Shown: piece after piece, positions 46,300 to 57,827 of the stretch
How positions within the stretch are numbered: position 1 is the stretch's first letter
Layout of the letters: the number at the start of each line of letters is the position of its first letter
Source of the DNA: Pseudomonas sp. Ga0074129
GTDB taxonomy: Bacteria > Pseudomonadota > Gammaproteobacteria > Pseudomonadales > Pseudomonadaceae
Reading direction: 5' to 3'
DNA length: 64,000 nt
Assembly: GCF_001465025.1 (NCBI RefSeq)
Contig: NZ_LNDO01000085.1
Location: 1,491 to 65,490 of the forward strand
The notes under the pieces: generated by a model
Databases searched by the model: none
Told to the model about the DNA's origin: nothing
What the model saw: only the letters and a program-made list of their open reading frames with translations
Program-made: the position numbers and the translations under genes

Positions 46300-47448
46300 T
46301 CAGGTTCGATTAGCGGCGGAACTCGGCGTTTCGGCCTCGCTACTCAATTCACGCACGGCAATGTAGCGTTCACTGCGACGGGTACGGTCCATAACCTGCC
46401 CAACCAACTGACCACATGCCGCATCAATATCTTCACCACGCGTTGTGCGCACAGTGACATTGTGACCAGCCTGGTGCAGCAGATCCTGAAAACGACGGAT
46501 AGCGTTGTTGCTCGGCCGCTCGTACCCCGAGTGGGGGAATGGATTAAACGGAATGAGGTTGATCTTGCAAGGCACATCTTTGAGAAGTGCGATCATTTCC
46601 TCAGCGTGCTCAGTCTTATCGTTAACATCCTTGAGCAGGGTGTATTCGATTGTAAGAACGCGTTTCTCGCCAAGGCGCGAGACATAACGCTTACATGCTG
46701 CCAAGAGCATTTCCAGCGGGTACTTCTTGTTGATCGGCACCAATACGTTGCGCAGCGCATCATTAGGCGCGTGCAGCGAGAGGGCGAGCGATACATCGAT
46801 CACTTCACCCAACTTGTCGATCATCGGTACAACGCCCGAGGTCGACAACGTCACCTTACGTTTGGAAATGCCATAACCCAGGTCATCCATCATGATTTTC
46901 ATGGCGGCGACCACATTGTCGAAATTCAGCAGCGGCTCACCCATGCCCATCATCACCACATTGGTGATGGCACGGTCGATTTTTGCCGGAATACTGCCGA
47001 ACGACTTATTGGCAATCCACACCTGACCGATCACTTCGGCGGCGCTCAGATCGCTGTTAAAGCCTTGTTTGCCTGTTGAGCAGAAACTGCAATCCAGCGC
47101 GCAACCGGCCTGCGACGACACACACAAGGTGCCCCGCGTGCCTTGGGGGATGTACACGGTTTCCACACAACTGCCCGACGCCACTCGCACAACCCACTTG
47201 CGCGTGCCATCGGTAGAAATATCTTCGCTGACCACTTCCGGGCCGCGGATTTCAGCACAGGCCTTGAGCTTTTCGCGCAAGACCTTGCTGACATTGCTCA
47301 TGGCATCGAAATCATCGACGCCAAAGTGGTGAATCCACTTCATCATCTGACCGGCACGGAAACGCTTTTCCCCGATGCTTTCGAAGAATTGTTCCATCTC
47401 TGCCAGGGTCAGACCCAGCAGGTTGATTTTACCGGTAGCTTCAGTCAT
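46300..47448 (-). CDS. rlmN: 23S rRNA/tRNA adenine-C2 methyltransferase RlmN (radical SAM)
   Basis: Trimmed to ATG 47448 ([22 protein letters not shown]). Radical SAM motif [10 protein letters not shown]. Confidence 0.95.
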   Translation of the reverse strand: MTEATGKINLLGLTLAEMEQFFESIGEKRFRAGQMMKWIHHFGVDDFDAMSNVSKVLREKLKACAEIRGPEVVSEDISTDGTRKWVVRVASGSCVETVYIPQGTRGTLCVSSQAGCALDCSFCSTGKQGFNSDLSAAEVIGQVWIANKSFGSIPAKIDRAITNVVMMGMGEPLLNFDNVVAAMKIMMDDLGYGISKRKVTLSTSGVVPMIDKLGEVIDVSLALSLHAPNDALRNVLVPINKKYPLEMLLAACKRYVSRLGEKRVLTIEYTLLKDVNDKTEHAEEMIALLKDVPCKINLIPFNPFPHSGYERPSNNAIRRFQDLLHQAGHNVTVRTTRGEDIDAACGQLVGQVMDRTRRSERYIAVRELSSEAETPSSAANRT

Positions 47449-47471
47449 GGCTTCACCCTCACCCGATTCGC

Positions 47472-47903
47472 TTAGCGAATACGTGCGCAAACTTCGGTGG
47501 CAGCGAAGAAGTAAGCGATTTCGCGAGCAGCAGAGGCTTCCGAATCGGAACCGTGAACAGCGTTTTCGTCGATGGAAACAGCGAAATCAGCGCGGATGGT
47601 GCCAGCAGCTGCTTCTTTAGGGTTGGTAGCACCCATCAGATCGCGGTTTGCCAGAACAGCGTTTTCGCCTTCCAGAACCTGAACGATAACCGGACCGGAG
47701 GTCATGAAAGCAACCAGGTCCTTGAAGAAGCCGCGCTCGCTGTGCTCAGCGTAGAAGCCAGCAGCTTCGCGCTCGGACAGCTGAACCATTTTCGAAGCAA
47801 CGACGCGCAGGCCGGCTTTTTCGAAACGAGTGGTGATCTCGCCAACAACGTTTTTAGCAACGGCATCAGGCTTGATGATGGAGAAAGTACGTTGAACAGC
47901 CAT
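47472..47903 (-). CDS. ndk: Nucleoside diphosphate kinase
   Basis: Trimmed to ATG 47903 ([15 protein letters not shown]). Active-site region NAVHGSDS. Confidence 0.97.
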   Translation of the reverse strand: MAVQRTFSIIKPDAVAKNVVGEITTRFEKAGLRVVASKMVQLSEREAAGFYAEHSERGFFKDLVAFMTSGPVIVQVLEGENAVLANRDLMGATNPKEAAAGTIRADFAVSIDENAVHGSDSEASAAREIAYFFAATEVCARIR

Positions 47904-47931
47904 GTGAAACTCCAGAAACAATGATTAAAGC

Positions 47932-47962
47932 GAAAAATTAAACCCGCGAATTATACGCGGGT
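47932..47962 (-). terminator. Rho-independent terminator downstream of iscX
   Basis: On the minus strand: aacccgcg-tataatt-cgcgggtt followed by taattttt. Confidence 0.65.
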
Positions 47963-47997
47963 TCCGGTTAAATGCGTAGGGCACTACACAGCTCGTA

Positions 47998-48198
47998 TTA
48001 GTCGGCCTCTTCGATCCAGGCGGCCTGAATGGCTTCAAGCACCTTCTCGCCGCCGCGCTGCGGGTCATCGCTGAACTCCGGCAACGCCAGAACCCACTTG
48101 TGCAGATCGACGAAGTTCACATAACGCGCGTCCACTTCAGGCTTACTTTCGGCAAGCTGGATGGCAATTTCCAGAACATCAACCCACTTCAGACTCAT
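47998..48198 (-). CDS. iscX: Fe-S cluster assembly protein IscX
   Basis: 66 aa, acidic, MSLKWVDVLEIAIQLAE... Last gene of the isc operon. Confidence 0.9.
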   Translation of the reverse strand: MSLKWVDVLEIAIQLAESKPEVDARYVNFVDLHKWVLALPEFSDDPQRGGEKVLEAIQAAWIEEAD

Positions 48199-48212
48199 AA
48201 CAACTCCTGATC

Positions 48213-48554
48213 TCAGTGCGGCGCTTCGGCGGCGTGATTGAGCGAGTACTTAGGGATCTCGATAGTTAAATCCTCATTCCCCACGATCACCTGACACGAC
48301 AGGCGCGACTGCGGCTCCAAGCCCCAGGCTTTGTCGAGCATGTCCTCTTCCAGCTCATCAGGCTCATCCAGCGTGTCGAAGCCTTCACGGATAATGCAGT
48401 GACAGGTGGTGCAGGCACACACGCCGCCGCAGGCGCTTTCAATGTCGATGTGGTGCTCATGCGCCACCTCAAGCACTGATGTGCCGGGTGCCGCGTCAAC
48501 CACCAAACCTTCCGGACACAGTACCGCGTGAGGCAGAAAAATGATCTGCGGCAT
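48213..48554 (-). CDS. fdx: ISC-system [2Fe-2S] ferredoxin
   Basis: CGGVCACTTCH cluster motif, 113 aa, downstream of hscA. Confidence 0.95.
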   Translation of the reverse strand: MPQIIFLPHAVLCPEGLVVDAAPGTSVLEVAHEHHIDIESACGGVCACTTCHCIIREGFDTLDEPDELEEDMLDKAWGLEPQSRLSCQVIVGNEDLTIEIPKYSLNHAAEAPH

Positions 48555-48556
48555 GT

Positions 48557-50422
48557 TTATTCCTCAATCTCATCAAGACTACGGCCGGCCAATGCGGCCT
48601 TGACCGTGGCATCCAGGCGACGCGCCGCAAAGGCATCGGTCACCTGGGTCAAACGTTTGGTTTGCTGCTCGATTGCCAAGCCATCGTTACCCGCCATCAA
48701 ATCACGCAATTGCTGCATCTGCGCGTCGATAGCCAGTCGTTCGTCAGCCTCCAGCAAGCGCTCACCATCGACCAACAGAGCCGCCTCAACCGCCTCCAGC
48801 AAACGCTGGGCATCGACCTGCTGCTCGCGCAACACGCGGGCAACTTTATCGTCGCCAGCGTTTTTGAAAGAGTCCTGCAACATGCGTGCGATTTCGCCGT
48901 CCGTCAGCCCATAGGACGGCTTGACCTGAATACTGGCCTCAACACCAGAGGCCAACTCACGCGCTGCCACGCTCAGCAGACCATCCGCATCCACCTGGAA
49001 GGTCACGCGAATCTTTGCCGCACCGGCCACCATCGGCGGAATACCGCGCAGCTCAAACCGCGCCAGGGAGCGGCAATCGCTGATCAGCTCACGCTCACCC
49101 TGCAGCACATGAATCATCATGGCCGTTTGGCCATCTTTATAAGTAGTGAAGTCCTGCGCACGTGCTACCGGGATGGTGGTGTTACGCGGGATGACTTTTT
49201 CCATCAGCCCACCCATGGTCTCCAGGCCCAACGACAGCGGAATCACATCCAGCAACAGCAACTCTTCGCCGTCACCACGCTTGTTACCCGCCAAGGCATC
49301 AGCCTGGATCGCTGCACCGATAGCAACCACCTGGTCCGGATCGATGTCCGCCAAGGGTTCACGGGCAAACAATTCCGCCACGGCCTGACGCACACGCGGC
49401 ACGCGCGTAGAGCCGCCGACCATCACCACCGCCTCAACGTCTTCCAACTCGATGCCCGCATCACGCACCGCGCGGCGACAAGCTTTTAGGCTACGCGCAA
49501 GCAGCGGCTCTATCAGCGCATCAAATTGTTCACGGCTCAGCTCACCCTGCCAGCCGGCGTAATTGATGGACACCAGATCGCAATCGGTCAGCGCTTCTTT
49601 CGCCGCACAAGCCGCCTCAAGCAACAGGCGCTGCTCGCCCGGATCAAGGTCGGCAGACACACCGGCCTGCTGCACCACCCAGCTTGCAATGGCATGATCA
49701 AAGTCATCACCACCCAGAGCACTGTCGCCACCGGTGGCCAACACTTCAAACACACCACCGGTCAGGCGCAGCACCGAGATATCGAAGGTGCCGCCGCCCA
49801 AATCGTAAATCGCCACCACCCCTTCCGCATGCTGATCCAAGCCATAGGCAACAGCGGCGGCGGTTGGCTCATTGAGCAGGCGCAGCACGTTCAAACCCGC
49901 TAAGCGGGCAGCATCTTTAGTGGCCTGGCGTTGTGCGTCGTCAAAATATGCAGGCACGGTAATCACCGCGCCCACCAGTTCGCCACCCAAGGTTGCCTCA
50001 GCACGCAGCCGCAGCACCTTTAGAATTTCTGCTGAAACCTCAACGGGGCTCTTAGCCCCCTGCACCGTTTCGATAAACGGCATGTGCGACTCGCCTTCGG
50101 TAAAGCGATATGGCAGTTGCTCACCGAGCTGCTTAACGTCGGCTAAACCACGCCCCATTAAGCGCTTGACGGACAGAACAGTATTGAGTGGATCTGCCGA
50201 AGCGGCGGTCTTGGCCGATTCACCCACCTCAACCGAGCCCGCGTGATAGCGCACCGCCGACGGCAGAATGACCTGCCCAAGAGCATCGGCCAGTGGTTCC
50301 GAAAGGCCGCTGCGCACAGCAGCAACGAGCGAATTGGTGGTGCCCAAATCAATCCCCACTGCCAGCCTGCGCTGGTGTGGCTGGGGGCTTTGTCCGGGCT
50401 CAGCGATCTGCAGTAAGGCCAT
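48557..50422 (-). CDS. hscA: Fe-S cluster assembly chaperone HscA (Hsp70 family)
   Basis: 621 aa with the Hsp70 ATPase motif [10 protein letters not shown]. Operon context. Confidence 0.96.
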   Translation of the reverse strand: MALLQIAEPGQSPQPHQRRLAVGIDLGTTNSLVAAVRSGLSEPLADALGQVILPSAVRYHAGSVEVGESAKTAASADPLNTVLSVKRLMGRGLADVKQLGEQLPYRFTEGESHMPFIETVQGAKSPVEVSAEILKVLRLRAEATLGGELVGAVITVPAYFDDAQRQATKDAARLAGLNVLRLLNEPTAAAVAYGLDQHAEGVVAIYDLGGGTFDISVLRLTGGVFEVLATGGDSALGGDDFDHAIASWVVQQAGVSADLDPGEQRLLLEAACAAKEALTDCDLVSINYAGWQGELSREQFDALIEPLLARSLKACRRAVRDAGIELEDVEAVVMVGGSTRVPRVRQAVAELFAREPLADIDPDQVVAIGAAIQADALAGNKRGDGEELLLLDVIPLSLGLETMGGLMEKVIPRNTTIPVARAQDFTTYKDGQTAMMIHVLQGERELISDCRSLARFELRGIPPMVAGAAKIRVTFQVDADGLLSVAARELASGVEASIQVKPSYGLTDGEIARMLQDSFKNAGDDKVARVLREQQVDAQRLLEAVEAALLVDGERLLEADERLAIDAQMQQLRDLMAGNDGLAIEQQTKRLTQVTDAFAARRLDATVKAALAGRSLDEIEE

Positions 50423-50469
50423 GGGTAATCAATGCTTAGGTGTCAGGCACGCATCAGAGCGCACCAGCG

Positions 50470-50991
50470 TTAATCGTCGAGGCGCTCTTCCAGCTGGCGA
50501 ACCTCGTGAGAAAGCTTGTCGAGAAACTGCATGCGGCGCATCAGGCGCTCGGCCTGCTCACGCTGCTGCGGATCATCCCAACAAACCGCAAAACTTTCGT
50601 TGAGCTCATCCTGAGCCACTTTCAAGCGGCGCTTAAAGGATGCCACACCCGCCAGATCAGCGCTTTCGTGCAAATCTTCAAGCTCTTCGCGCAGCTGCAT
50701 TTGCCGCAGCAGAAAACCCGGATCTTGCACCGTAACTTCCAGCGGCAACTCAGGGCCACGCAGCGCCAGTAAATAGCGCGCCCGCTGCGAAGGGCTTTTC
50801 AGGGTGCTGTAAGCCTCATTTAGGCTTGCGGACTGCTCAAGAGCCAAGCGCTGCTCACGCTCGGATGCATCAGCAAAGCGGTCTGGATGCACCTGACGCG
50901 CCAGTTCGCGGTAGCGATTGGCCAACAGGTCGGCATCCAGACGGAAGCTCGGCTGCAAATCAAATAAAGCAAAGTGACAAGGACTGCCCAC
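50470..50991 (-). CDS. hscB: Co-chaperone HscB (J-domain)
   Basis: ORF 50470..51027 trimmed to GTG 50991, 7 nt after the iscA stop. J-domain with HPDRF. The N-terminus ..[11 protein letters not shown] parallels E. coli MDYFTLFGLPARY. Confidence 0.85.
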   Translation of the reverse strand: MGSPCHFALFDLQPSFRLDADLLANRYRELARQVHPDRFADASEREQRLALEQSASLNEAYSTLKSPSQRARYLLALRGPELPLEVTVQDPGFLLRQMQLREELEDLHESADLAGVASFKRRLKVAQDELNESFAVCWDDPQQREQAERLMRRMQFLDKLSHEVRQLEERLDD

Positions 50992-50998
50992 GCGCGCC

Positions 50999-51322
50999 TC
51001 AGATATTGAAGCTTTCGCCGCAGCCACATTCGCCGCGTACGTTTGGGTTGTTGAACTTGAAGCCCTCGTTCAAGCCTTCTTTGACGAAGTCGAGCTCGGT
51101 GCCATCCAGGTAAACCAGACTCTTGGGATCGATGATGACCTTAACCCCATGACTCTCGAAAACCTGATCTTCGCCGGCAGCTTCATCGACGAACTCCAGC
51201 ACATAGGCCAAACCCGAGCAGCCTGTGGTGCGCACACCCAGGCGAATGCCCTCGCCCTTACCACGCCCATCAATGGAACGCTGCACGTGCTGGGCGGCCG
51301 CTTCGGTCATGCTGATAGCCAT
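50999..51322 (-). CDS. iscA: Iron-binding Fe-S assembly protein IscA
   Basis: Trimmed to ATG 51322 (RBS aaggagg upstream). [12 protein letters not shown] and the C-terminal CGCGESF. Confidence 0.95.
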   Translation of the reverse strand: MAISMTEAAAQHVQRSIDGRGKGEGIRLGVRTTGCSGLAYVLEFVDEAAGEDQVFESHGVKVIIDPKSLVYLDGTELDFVKEGLNEGFKFNNPNVRGECGCGESFNI

Positions 51323-51332
51323 CGAAACCTCC

Positions 51333-51719
51333 TTAGAGCAAACCTTTCTTCTGCTTGTAGTCGCGAACGGCGGCCTTGATGGCGTCTTCGGCAAGTACGG
51401 AGCAGTGAATTTTCACGGGCGGCAGGGCCAATTCTTCAGCCAGCTGAGTGTTCTTGATGGTTTCTGCTTCATCCAGGGTCTTACCCTTCATCCACTCAGT
51501 GGCGAGGGAGCTGGAAGCAATGGCCGAACCGCAGCCATAAGTCTTGAACTTGGCGTCTTCAATAACACCTTGTTCGTTAACCTTGATCTGCAAGCGCATT
51601 ACGTCGCCACAGGCCGGAGCACCCACCATGCCAGTACCGACATCCGGATCTTCCGCATCCATCTTGCCGACGTTGCGCGGGTTTTCGTAGTGGTCAATGA
51701 CCTTTTCACTGTATGCCAT
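51333..51719 (-). CDS. iscU: Fe-S cluster scaffold IscU
   Basis: [27 protein letters not shown] and LPPVKIHCS motifs. Confidence 0.97.
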   Translation of the reverse strand: MAYSEKVIDHYENPRNVGKMDAEDPDVGTGMVGAPACGDVMRLQIKVNEQGVIEDAKFKTYGCGSAIASSSLATEWMKGKTLDEAETIKNTQLAEELALPPVKIHCSVLAEDAIKAAVRDYKQKKGLL

Positions 51720-51766
51720 GTTGGTATTCCTTCCTCATCAGAGAGCCGCTCTTGCTCGGCGACTAC

Positions 51767-52981
51767 TTAGTGCGCCGCCCACTCAATCTTGGAGATGTCG
51801 ACACCGTCTTTGTACATATCCCACAGCGGCGACAACTCGCGCAGCTTGGTAACGGCCTCGCAGACTTTCTGCGCGGCGTAATCAATTTCTTCTTCGGTGG
51901 TGAAGCGGCCGAAGGTAAAGCGGATGGAGCTGTGCGCCAACTCGTCGTTACGACCCAACGCTCGCAATACGTAGGAAGGCTCCAAAGAGGCCGAGGTGCA
52001 GGCAGAACCAGACGAAACGGCCAGATCCTTGAGCGCCATGATCAGCGACTCGCCTTCCACATAGTTGAAACTGAGGTTCAGGTTGTGCGGTACGCGGGCA
52101 GTCATGCTGCCGTTTATGTACAGCTCTTCGAGACCGTCCACCTGCTTGTAGAAGCGATCGCGCAGCGCGGCAATACGCTGGCTTTCCTGCACCATCTCTT
52201 CTTTGGCGATACGGAACGCTTCACCCATGCCCACGCATTGGTGCGTAGCCAAGGTACCGGAACGCATGCCGCGCTCGTGACCGCCACCGTGAGTCTGAGC
52301 CTCCAGACGCACACGTGGCTTACGGCGCACATACAGCGCACCGACACCCTTAGGACCGTAGGTTTTGTGCGCGCAAAACGACATCAGATCAACTTTGAGC
52401 GATTCGAGATCGATGGCCACTTTACCGGTCGATTGCGCCGCATCGACATGCAAGAACACACCACGCGAGCGGGTGAGCTCACCAATCGCGGCGATATCGT
52501 TGATGGTGCCGATTTCGTTATTGACGTGCATCACAGACACCAGAATGGTGTCTTCGCGCAGCGCCGCTTCAATCATGGCCGGCGTGATCAAGCCATCTTC
52601 ACCGGGCTCGATGTAAGTCACTTCAAACCCTTCGCGCTCCAGCTGGCGCATGGTGTCAAGCACCGCTTTGTGCTCGATCTTCGAGGTAATCAGGTGCTTA
52701 CCTTTACTTTTGTAAAAGTCCGCGATGCCCTTGATGGCGAGGTTGTTGGATTCGGTCGCACCGGACGTCCAGACAATTTCTCGCGGGTCAGCGTTGACCA
52801 ACTCAGCCACCTGACGGCGCGCATGCTCAACGGCTTCTTCAGCTTTCCAGCCAAATACGTGGGAGCGCGACGCTGGGTTTCCGAAGTTGCCGTCAACCAG
52901 CAGACACTCACTCATTTTTTGCGCAACACGCGGATCAACCGGCGTGGTGGCGGAATAATCGAGATAAATCGGCAATTTCAT
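51767..52981 (-). CDS. iscS: Cysteine desulfurase IscS
   Basis: Start set at ATG 52981 ([19 protein letters not shown]; AGGAG upstream). The active-site loop SSGSACTS is present. Confidence 0.97.
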   Translation of the reverse strand: MKLPIYLDYSATTPVDPRVAQKMSECLLVDGNFGNPASRSHVFGWKAEEAVEHARRQVAELVNADPREIVWTSGATESNNLAIKGIADFYKSKGKHLITSKIEHKAVLDTMRQLEREGFEVTYIEPGEDGLITPAMIEAALREDTILVSVMHVNNEIGTINDIAAIGELTRSRGVFLHVDAAQSTGKVAIDLESLKVDLMSFCAHKTYGPKGVGALYVRRKPRVRLEAQTHGGGHERGMRSGTLATHQCVGMGEAFRIAKEEMVQESQRIAALRDRFYKQVDGLEELYINGSMTARVPHNLNLSFNYVEGESLIMALKDLAVSSGSACTSASLEPSYVLRALGRNDELAHSSIRFTFGRFTTEEEIDYAAQKVCEAVTKLRELSPLWDMYKDGVDISKIEWAAH

Positions 52982-53030
52982 GAACACTTCTCCTAATCAG
53001 GTATCAGACCAGTCGGCCTACGCCCTTCCA

Positions 53031-53525
53031 TCAATCGACGGCTGACGCTTCGATCTTATCTAGAAACAGCATCCTGCTGCCGTTGCAACGGCGCTGATCC
53101 TGGCGCTGGGCCACTTCCTGCACTTCTCGACGCGTGACCAAGTCGGCCAGACTGATGCCACTAAGAAACTCGTGAATCTGCTGACTGAGGTCACACCACA
53201 AATGATGGGTTAGGCAGGTATCGCCGGCATGGCAATCGCCTTGCCCCTGACAACGCGTGGCGTCAACAGACTCATTGACCGCATCAATGACTTCGGCAAC
53301 CTGGATCCCGTGCATGTCACGCGAGAGCTGATAGCCACCACCCGGCCCGCGCACACTGGAGACCAGATTACCGCGGCGCAACTTGGCAAACAGCTGCTCA
53401 AGGTAAGAGAGGGAAATACCCTGGCGCTCAGAAATGTCAGCCAGAGATACCGGACCACGCTGCGCATGCAGCGCCAAGTCAAGCATGGCGGTGACGGCAT
53501 AACGGCCTTTGGTGGTTAATCGCAT
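53031..53525 (-). CDS. iscR: Fe-S cluster-sensing transcriptional regulator IscR (Rrf2 family)
   Basis: Trimmed to ATG 53525 ([19 protein letters not shown]). Cluster-ligand Cys region [13 protein letters not shown]. Confidence 0.95.
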   Translation of the reverse strand: MRLTTKGRYAVTAMLDLALHAQRGPVSLADISERQGISLSYLEQLFAKLRRGNLVSSVRGPGGGYQLSRDMHGIQVAEVIDAVNESVDATRCQGQGDCHAGDTCLTHHLWCDLSQQIHEFLSGISLADLVTRREVQEVAQRQDQRRCNGSRMLFLDKIEASAVD

Positions 53526-53558
53526 AATGGGGTTACCGCGTGATCGCAATATGGGGCG

Positions 53559-53591
53559 ATTATGCAATTCCCGAGTATTTAAGTCAACTAT
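53559..53591 (-). promoter_or_regulatory. iscR promoter (TTGACT-17 nt-CATAAT) overlapped by a type-1 IscR-binding site
   Basis: The minus strand reads ATAGTTGACTTAAATACTCGGGAATTGCATAAT. The first 25 nt match my recollection of the type-1 IscR consensus ATASYYGACTRWWWYAGTCRRSTAT at about 22 of 25 positions. It is nearly identical to the E. coli iscR promoter site as I recall it. The -35/-10 hexamers are 17 nt apart. Confidence 0.6.
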
Positions 53592-53664
53592 AAGACCTAG
53601 CGATTTAGTAGGAGATGCTCAGAGTGAAGGCCGGCATCATACCAAACCGACCACCCCCACACCA

Positions 53665-54441
53665 TCAAACCGCCGGCTTGTCAGCTTCCTTGACCATCCC
53701 GGCGAAGTCCTCATTGCGCAACTGCGGCAGGTCCTTGGCGCAGTAATCACTGCCGAGGGATTTCAGCGCACCGCACATACCCTCAAGCCGACTGTCGACG
53801 GCATGCAAATGATCGAGCAATTGGCCAATTGCACGCGCCACAGGATCGGGCATGTCCTGACTCACGCCATAAGCATCGAAACCCAGCTTTTCGGCGATCG
53901 CCTGACGCTTGGCCTCCAGCTCATCATCCGCCTTGACGATGATACGACCCGGAATACCAACGGCCGTAGCGCCCGCTGGAACCGCCTTGGTCACCACCGC
54001 ATTGGAGCCGATTTTCGCACCCGCACCAACAGTGAAAGGCCCCAGCACTTTGGCACCCGCCCCAACCACCACACCATCTTCCAGCGTGGGGTGACGCTTG
54101 CCTTTATTCCAACTGGTGCCGCCCAGGGTCACACCCTGATAAAGCGTCACGTCATTACCAATCTCGGCGGTTTCACCAATAACGATGCCCATACCGTGAT
54201 CGATAAAAAATCTGCGGCCAATTTTCGCACCCGGATGAATCTCAATCCCCGTCAACCAGCGCCCGAAATTTGAAACAACACGCGCCAGCCATTTCCAACC
54301 GGACAACCACAAAGCATGAGCCAAGCGATGCAGCCATACCGCATGCAGGCCTGGATAGCAGGTCACCACCTCAAAGGCATTGCGCGCAGCTGGATCGCGA
54401 TGAAAAACACTCTGGATATCCTCTCGCATGCGCTCAAACAT
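53665..54441 (-). CDS. cysE: Serine O-acetyltransferase
   Basis: Trimmed to ATG 54441 ([21 protein letters not shown]). Hexapeptide repeats [27 protein letters not shown]. Conserved position upstream of iscR. Confidence 0.9.
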   Translation of the reverse strand: MFERMREDIQSVFHRDPAARNAFEVVTCYPGLHAVWLHRLAHALWLSGWKWLARVVSNFGRWLTGIEIHPGAKIGRRFFIDHGMGIVIGETAEIGNDVTLYQGVTLGGTSWNKGKRHPTLEDGVVVGAGAKVLGPFTVGAGAKIGSNAVVTKAVPAGATAVGIPGRIIVKADDELEAKRQAIAEKLGFDAYGVSQDMPDPVARAIGQLLDHLHAVDSRLEGMCGALKSLGSDYCAKDLPQLRNEDFAGMVKEADKPAV

Positions 54442-55204
54442 CTGTACTTCCTCGCTTATGGGGCTCGCCACGCGCCGCCTTAATGGTTTCGGTCAAAATG
54501 CCGCGCAGGATATTCACTTCCAACTTGGTTACCCCGCTGCGTCCGTACAAACGCCGCAGGCGACTCATCAAATGCCGTGGCTTCAGCGGGTCAAGAAAGC
54601 CAATCTGCACCAATGCCTGCTCCAAGTGAACAAAATAAGATTCCAGCTCATCCGCCGTAACCGGCTCGTCACCAGCCTCGACTACCGCTTCGAACTTAAG
54701 CGGTAAGCCTTCCGCAGCCAGCCAGCCCAGTCGCACCTCATAAGCCAAGACCTGCACCGCAGCCGCCAGGTTCAACGAACTGAAGGCTGGATCAGAAGGA
54801 ATATGCACATGAAAGTGGCAACGCTGCAGTTCATCGTTTGTCAGGCCGGCATATTCACGACCAAACACCAAGGCAACCTGAGCGCCCTGCCCCGCCTGCT
54901 CGCACGCTGCAACCCCACACTCGCGCGGTTCAAGCATCGGCCATGGGATATGACGGTTACGGGCACTAGTACCCATTACCAACCGGCACCCAACCAAGGC
55001 CTCCTCAAGTGTTGCAACTACCTGCGCGGACTCAAGAATATCGCTAGCCCCCGAAGCCCTGGCCACCGCCTCCTCGCTCGGAAAATCCTGCGGATCGACC
55101 AGAACTAGACGCGACAAACCCATATTTTTCATAGCACGGGCTGCACCGCCGATATTTCCCGGATGACTGGTACCCACCAACACAACGCGAATATTTTCCA
55201 GCAC
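54434..55204 (-). CDS. trmJ: tRNA (cytidine/uridine-2'-O-)-methyltransferase TrmJ
   Basis: SpoU/TrmH fold. (V)[29 protein letters not shown] parallels E. coli MLQNIRIVLVETSHTGNMG. The start is uncertain (GTG 55204 or 55207, or TTG 55219). Confidence 0.85.
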   Translation of the reverse strand: MLENIRVVLVGTSHPGNIGGAARAMKNMGLSRLVLVDPQDFPSEEAVARASGASDILESAQVVATLEEALVGCRLVMGTSARNRHIPWPMLEPRECGVAACEQAGQGAQVALVFGREYAGLTNDELQRCHFHVHIPSDPAFSSLNLAAAVQVLAYEVRLGWLAAEGLPLKFEAVVEAGDEPVTADELESYFVHLEQALVQIGFLDPLKPRHLMSRLRRLYGRSGVTKLEVNILRGILTETIKAARGEPHKRGSTDV

Positions 55205-55349
55205 CACAAACGCTCTCAAGGCAAGGCATTAAGCGGCAAATCTTACAGAATCGACCACACTTACGCCACGCAAGGCGTAGGTTGCACTTCAACCGCGAAA
55301 CTTTTCTGCTAGAATGGCCGGCTTTCTTTAACGACCCAGGTGAACATCC

Positions 55350-56165
55350 ATGCAGCCCATGCTGAATATCGCGCTGCGCGCAGCCCGTAGCGCCGGCGAA
55401 ATGATCTTCCGCTCGACCGAACGCTTGGACGTCATCTCGATCGACGAGAAAGAAGCCAAGGATTATGTGACTGAAATTGATCGCTCCGCCGAGCAACTGA
55501 TCATTCAGGCCATTCGCAAAGCATTCCCCAACCACGGCATTCTCGGCGAAGAAAGTGGCATGAGTGCAGGCACCGGTGACGGCGCAGATTACGTGTGGAT
55601 CATTGATCCACTCGATGGCACCACCAACTTTATTCGCGGCATTCCGCATTACGCTGTGAGCATCGCGTGCAAATACCGCGGTCGGCTTGAGCATGCGGTA
55701 ATCATCGACCCGGTGCGCCAAGAAGAATTCACCGCCAGCCGTGGCCGTGGCGCTGCCCTGAACGGTCGCCGCCTGCGCGTCGGCAACCGCAAGAGCCTCG
55801 AGGGCGCGCTGCTCGGTACGGGCTTCCCGTTCCGCGACAGCCAGATGGAAAACCTTGAAAACTATATCGGCATGTTCCGCAGCCTGGTCGGCCAGACTGC
55901 CGGCGTGCGCCGTGCGGGCGCAGCCAGCCTAGACTTGGCCTACGTGGCCGCCGGCCGTTTCGATGCTTTCTGGGAATTTGGCCTGTCCGAATGGGACATG
56001 GCAGCAGGCGCTCTGCTGATTCAAGAAGCTGGCGGCCTGATCAGCGATTTCAGCGGCGGTCACGAGTTCCTTGAAAAAGGCCAGATCGTAGCCGGCAACA
56101 CCAAATGCTTTAAAGCGGTACTCACCGCCATCCAGCCGCATTTGTCAGCCTCGCTAAAGCGCTGA
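55350..56165 (+). CDS. suhB: Inositol monophosphatase family protein SuhB
   Basis: Motifs GEESG and WIIDPLDGTTNF, 271 aa. Divergent from trmJ, as in other gammaproteobacteria. Confidence 0.93.
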   Translation: MQPMLNIALRAARSAGEMIFRSTERLDVISIDEKEAKDYVTEIDRSAEQLIIQAIRKAFPNHGILGEESGMSAGTGDGADYVWIIDPLDGTTNFIRGIPHYAVSIACKYRGRLEHAVIIDPVRQEEFTASRGRGAALNGRRLRVGNRKSLEGALLGTGFPFRDSQMENLENYIGMFRSLVGQTAGVRRAGAASLDLAYVAAGRFDAFWEFGLSEWDMAAGALLIQEAGGLISDFSGGHEFLEKGQIVAGNTKCFKAVLTAIQPHLSASLKR

Positions 56166-56177
56166 TCAAACGCCCAC

Positions 56178-56205
56178 AAAAAAGCGCCTTCCGAGGCGCT
56201 TTTTT
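56178..56205. terminator. Bidirectional rho-independent terminator
   Basis: aaaaaagcgcc-ttccga-ggcgctttttt between convergent genes (suhB and the YcfJ-like gene). Confidence 0.85.
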
Positions 56206-56255
56206 ATGGATCAAATTCCGCCAAGTGCTGCCTATGGCAACACCGGCTAGCGCTT

Positions 56256-56792
56256 TCAGTTAGCCTGATCCGCCAATACCAACTGACCATCACGAACGGG
56301 GATCTGACGACCCGGATCGCTGGCCATGCGCACCTCAGCCACCTTGCCATCCAATTCGTACTTCACGTCATAACCCAAGCGCTTCTCGCTGGTATCGATC
56401 ACCGTGCTGCAGCGCGTTTCGGTTGTCGTATAGGTGTCAGTACCCTGCATGTGCTCTTGCGCTTTATTACCGGCATAACCCCCACCTACAGCACCGGCAA
56501 CGGTTGCGATTTTTTTACCGTTGCCGCCGCCGACCTGATTGCCCAGCAGCCCGCCTACAACAGCACCTATGGCCGTGCCCGCTATCTGATGCCGGTCTTT
56601 GACAGGCGCCTGACGGGTTATCGCCACTTCTTTACAGACTTCACGCGGGGTCTTGATTGTTTCGTTGACCGGTTTAACGGCCAACACCTGCGCATACTGC
56701 GGCGCACTGACCAAGCTGTAGGTCGCCACTGCGCCTCCTGCCGTCACACCCACAGCCCCCAACACAGCGCCGACAACCATAGACTTGTTCAT
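56256..56792 (-). CDS. Glycine-zipper 2TM domain protein (YcfJ-like)
   Basis: 178 aa. MNKSMVVGAVLGAVG..., PQYAQV, glycine zipper GAVVGGLLGNQVGGGNGKKIATVAGAVGGGYAGN, DTYTTTE..C, LGYDVKY. Closely parallels E. coli YcfJ as I recall it. Confidence 0.75.
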   Translation of the reverse strand: MNKSMVVGAVLGAVGVTAGGAVATYSLVSAPQYAQVLAVKPVNETIKTPREVCKEVAITRQAPVKDRHQIAGTAIGAVVGGLLGNQVGGGNGKKIATVAGAVGGGYAGNKAQEHMQGTDTYTTTETRCSTVIDTSEKRLGYDVKYELDGKVAEVRMASDPGRQIPVRDGQLVLADQAN

Positions 56793-56846
56793 TTTGACTC
56801 CTTATTCACGCGGTACATGACGCACCAGACCTGTGAACTTGGAGCA

Positions 56847-56881
56847 CAAAAAAGCCGGGCAAGTTCAGCACTTGCCCGGCT
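56847..56881 (-). terminator. Rho-independent terminator downstream of secF
   Basis: On the minus strand: agccgggcaag-tgctgaa-cttgcccggct followed by tttttt. Confidence 0.8.
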
Positions 56882-56912
56882 CATTTACCGCATTGCGAAG
56901 GAGCGCACAGTA

Positions 56913-57818
56913 TCAGGGGCGCTCATCCACCTCTTCAGCCACCACCGGAGGAATCAGGTCATCCACCGAGAGGTTAAGCCAAACCAGTACCACGTTAGCT
57001 ATGTATACCGATGAGTAGGTGCCCGCACTTACCCCAACAAACAGCGCCACCGAAAAACCAAACAGGTTGTCGCCTGCAAACATCAGGAGAGCAGCTATCG
57101 CCAGCAAAGTCGAGATGGACGTGGCCATGGTGCGAAGCAGCGTCTGGGTAGTGGAAATGTTGATGTTCTCAATCAACGTCGCCTTGCGCAGTACGCGGAA
57201 GTTTTCTCGCACCCGGTCAAAAACCACAATAGTGTCGTTGAGCGAGTAACCAATGATTGCCAGTATTGCTGCCAACACAGTCAGGTCAAAGGTGATCTGG
57301 AAAAACGAGAGAATACCGAGCGTGACAATAACGTCGTGCACCAAAGACACAACCGCGCCAACGCCGAACTTCCACTGAAAGCGAAAAACCAGGTACAGCA
57401 TTACGCCACCCAGCGCCAACAGCAGACCAAGACCGCCCTGATCGCGCAGCTCTTCACCCACTTGCGGACCGACGAACTCGACCTTTTTCACCTCAAGCTG
57501 ATCACCTGCCTGACGCAAAGCAGTGGCTACGTTATTACCCAGGTTGGGATCATCGCCCTGCATGCGCACGACCACATCAGTGGTCGCCCCGAAGGTTTGC
57601 ACAACAGCATCACCAAAACCTGCATCACCCAACTGCGCGCGGATTTTACCCAAGTCAGCCGGCTGCTCGTAGCTGAGTTCAATTTGTGTACCACCGGTAA
57701 AATCCAAACCAAAATTCAACCCCTTAGTGAACAGGCTGAATAATGCTAGAAGTGTCAGTAATACCGTGAAGGCGAACGCAATGTTGCGCACGCCCATGAA
57801 GTTGATCGTACGATTCAT
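56913..57818 (-). CDS. secF: Protein translocase subunit SecF
   Basis: Start set at ATG 57818 (MNRTINFMGVRN..). GLNFGLDFTGG motif and 6 TM segments. Confidence 0.95.
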   Translation of the reverse strand: MNRTINFMGVRNIAFAFTVLLTLLALFSLFTKGLNFGLDFTGGTQIELSYEQPADLGKIRAQLGDAGFGDAVVQTFGATTDVVVRMQGDDPNLGNNVATALRQAGDQLEVKKVEFVGPQVGEELRDQGGLGLLLALGGVMLYLVFRFQWKFGVGAVVSLVHDVIVTLGILSFFQITFDLTVLAAILAIIGYSLNDTIVVFDRVRENFRVLRKATLIENINISTTQTLLRTMATSISTLLAIAALLMFAGDNLFGFSVALFVGVSAGTYSSVYIANVVLVWLNLSVDDLIPPVVAEEVDERP

Positions 57819-57827
57819 CACAGCCCC

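Noticed and set aside
51713-52996. 427-aa plus-strand ORF.
   Set aside because: Antisense to iscS. The same high-GC artefact, with no start context and no motifs.
55044-55721. 225-aa minus-strand ORF spanning the trmJ/suhB divergent region.
   Set aside because: It overlaps the trmJ 5' end in another frame and runs antisense to suhB. It has no coding signature.
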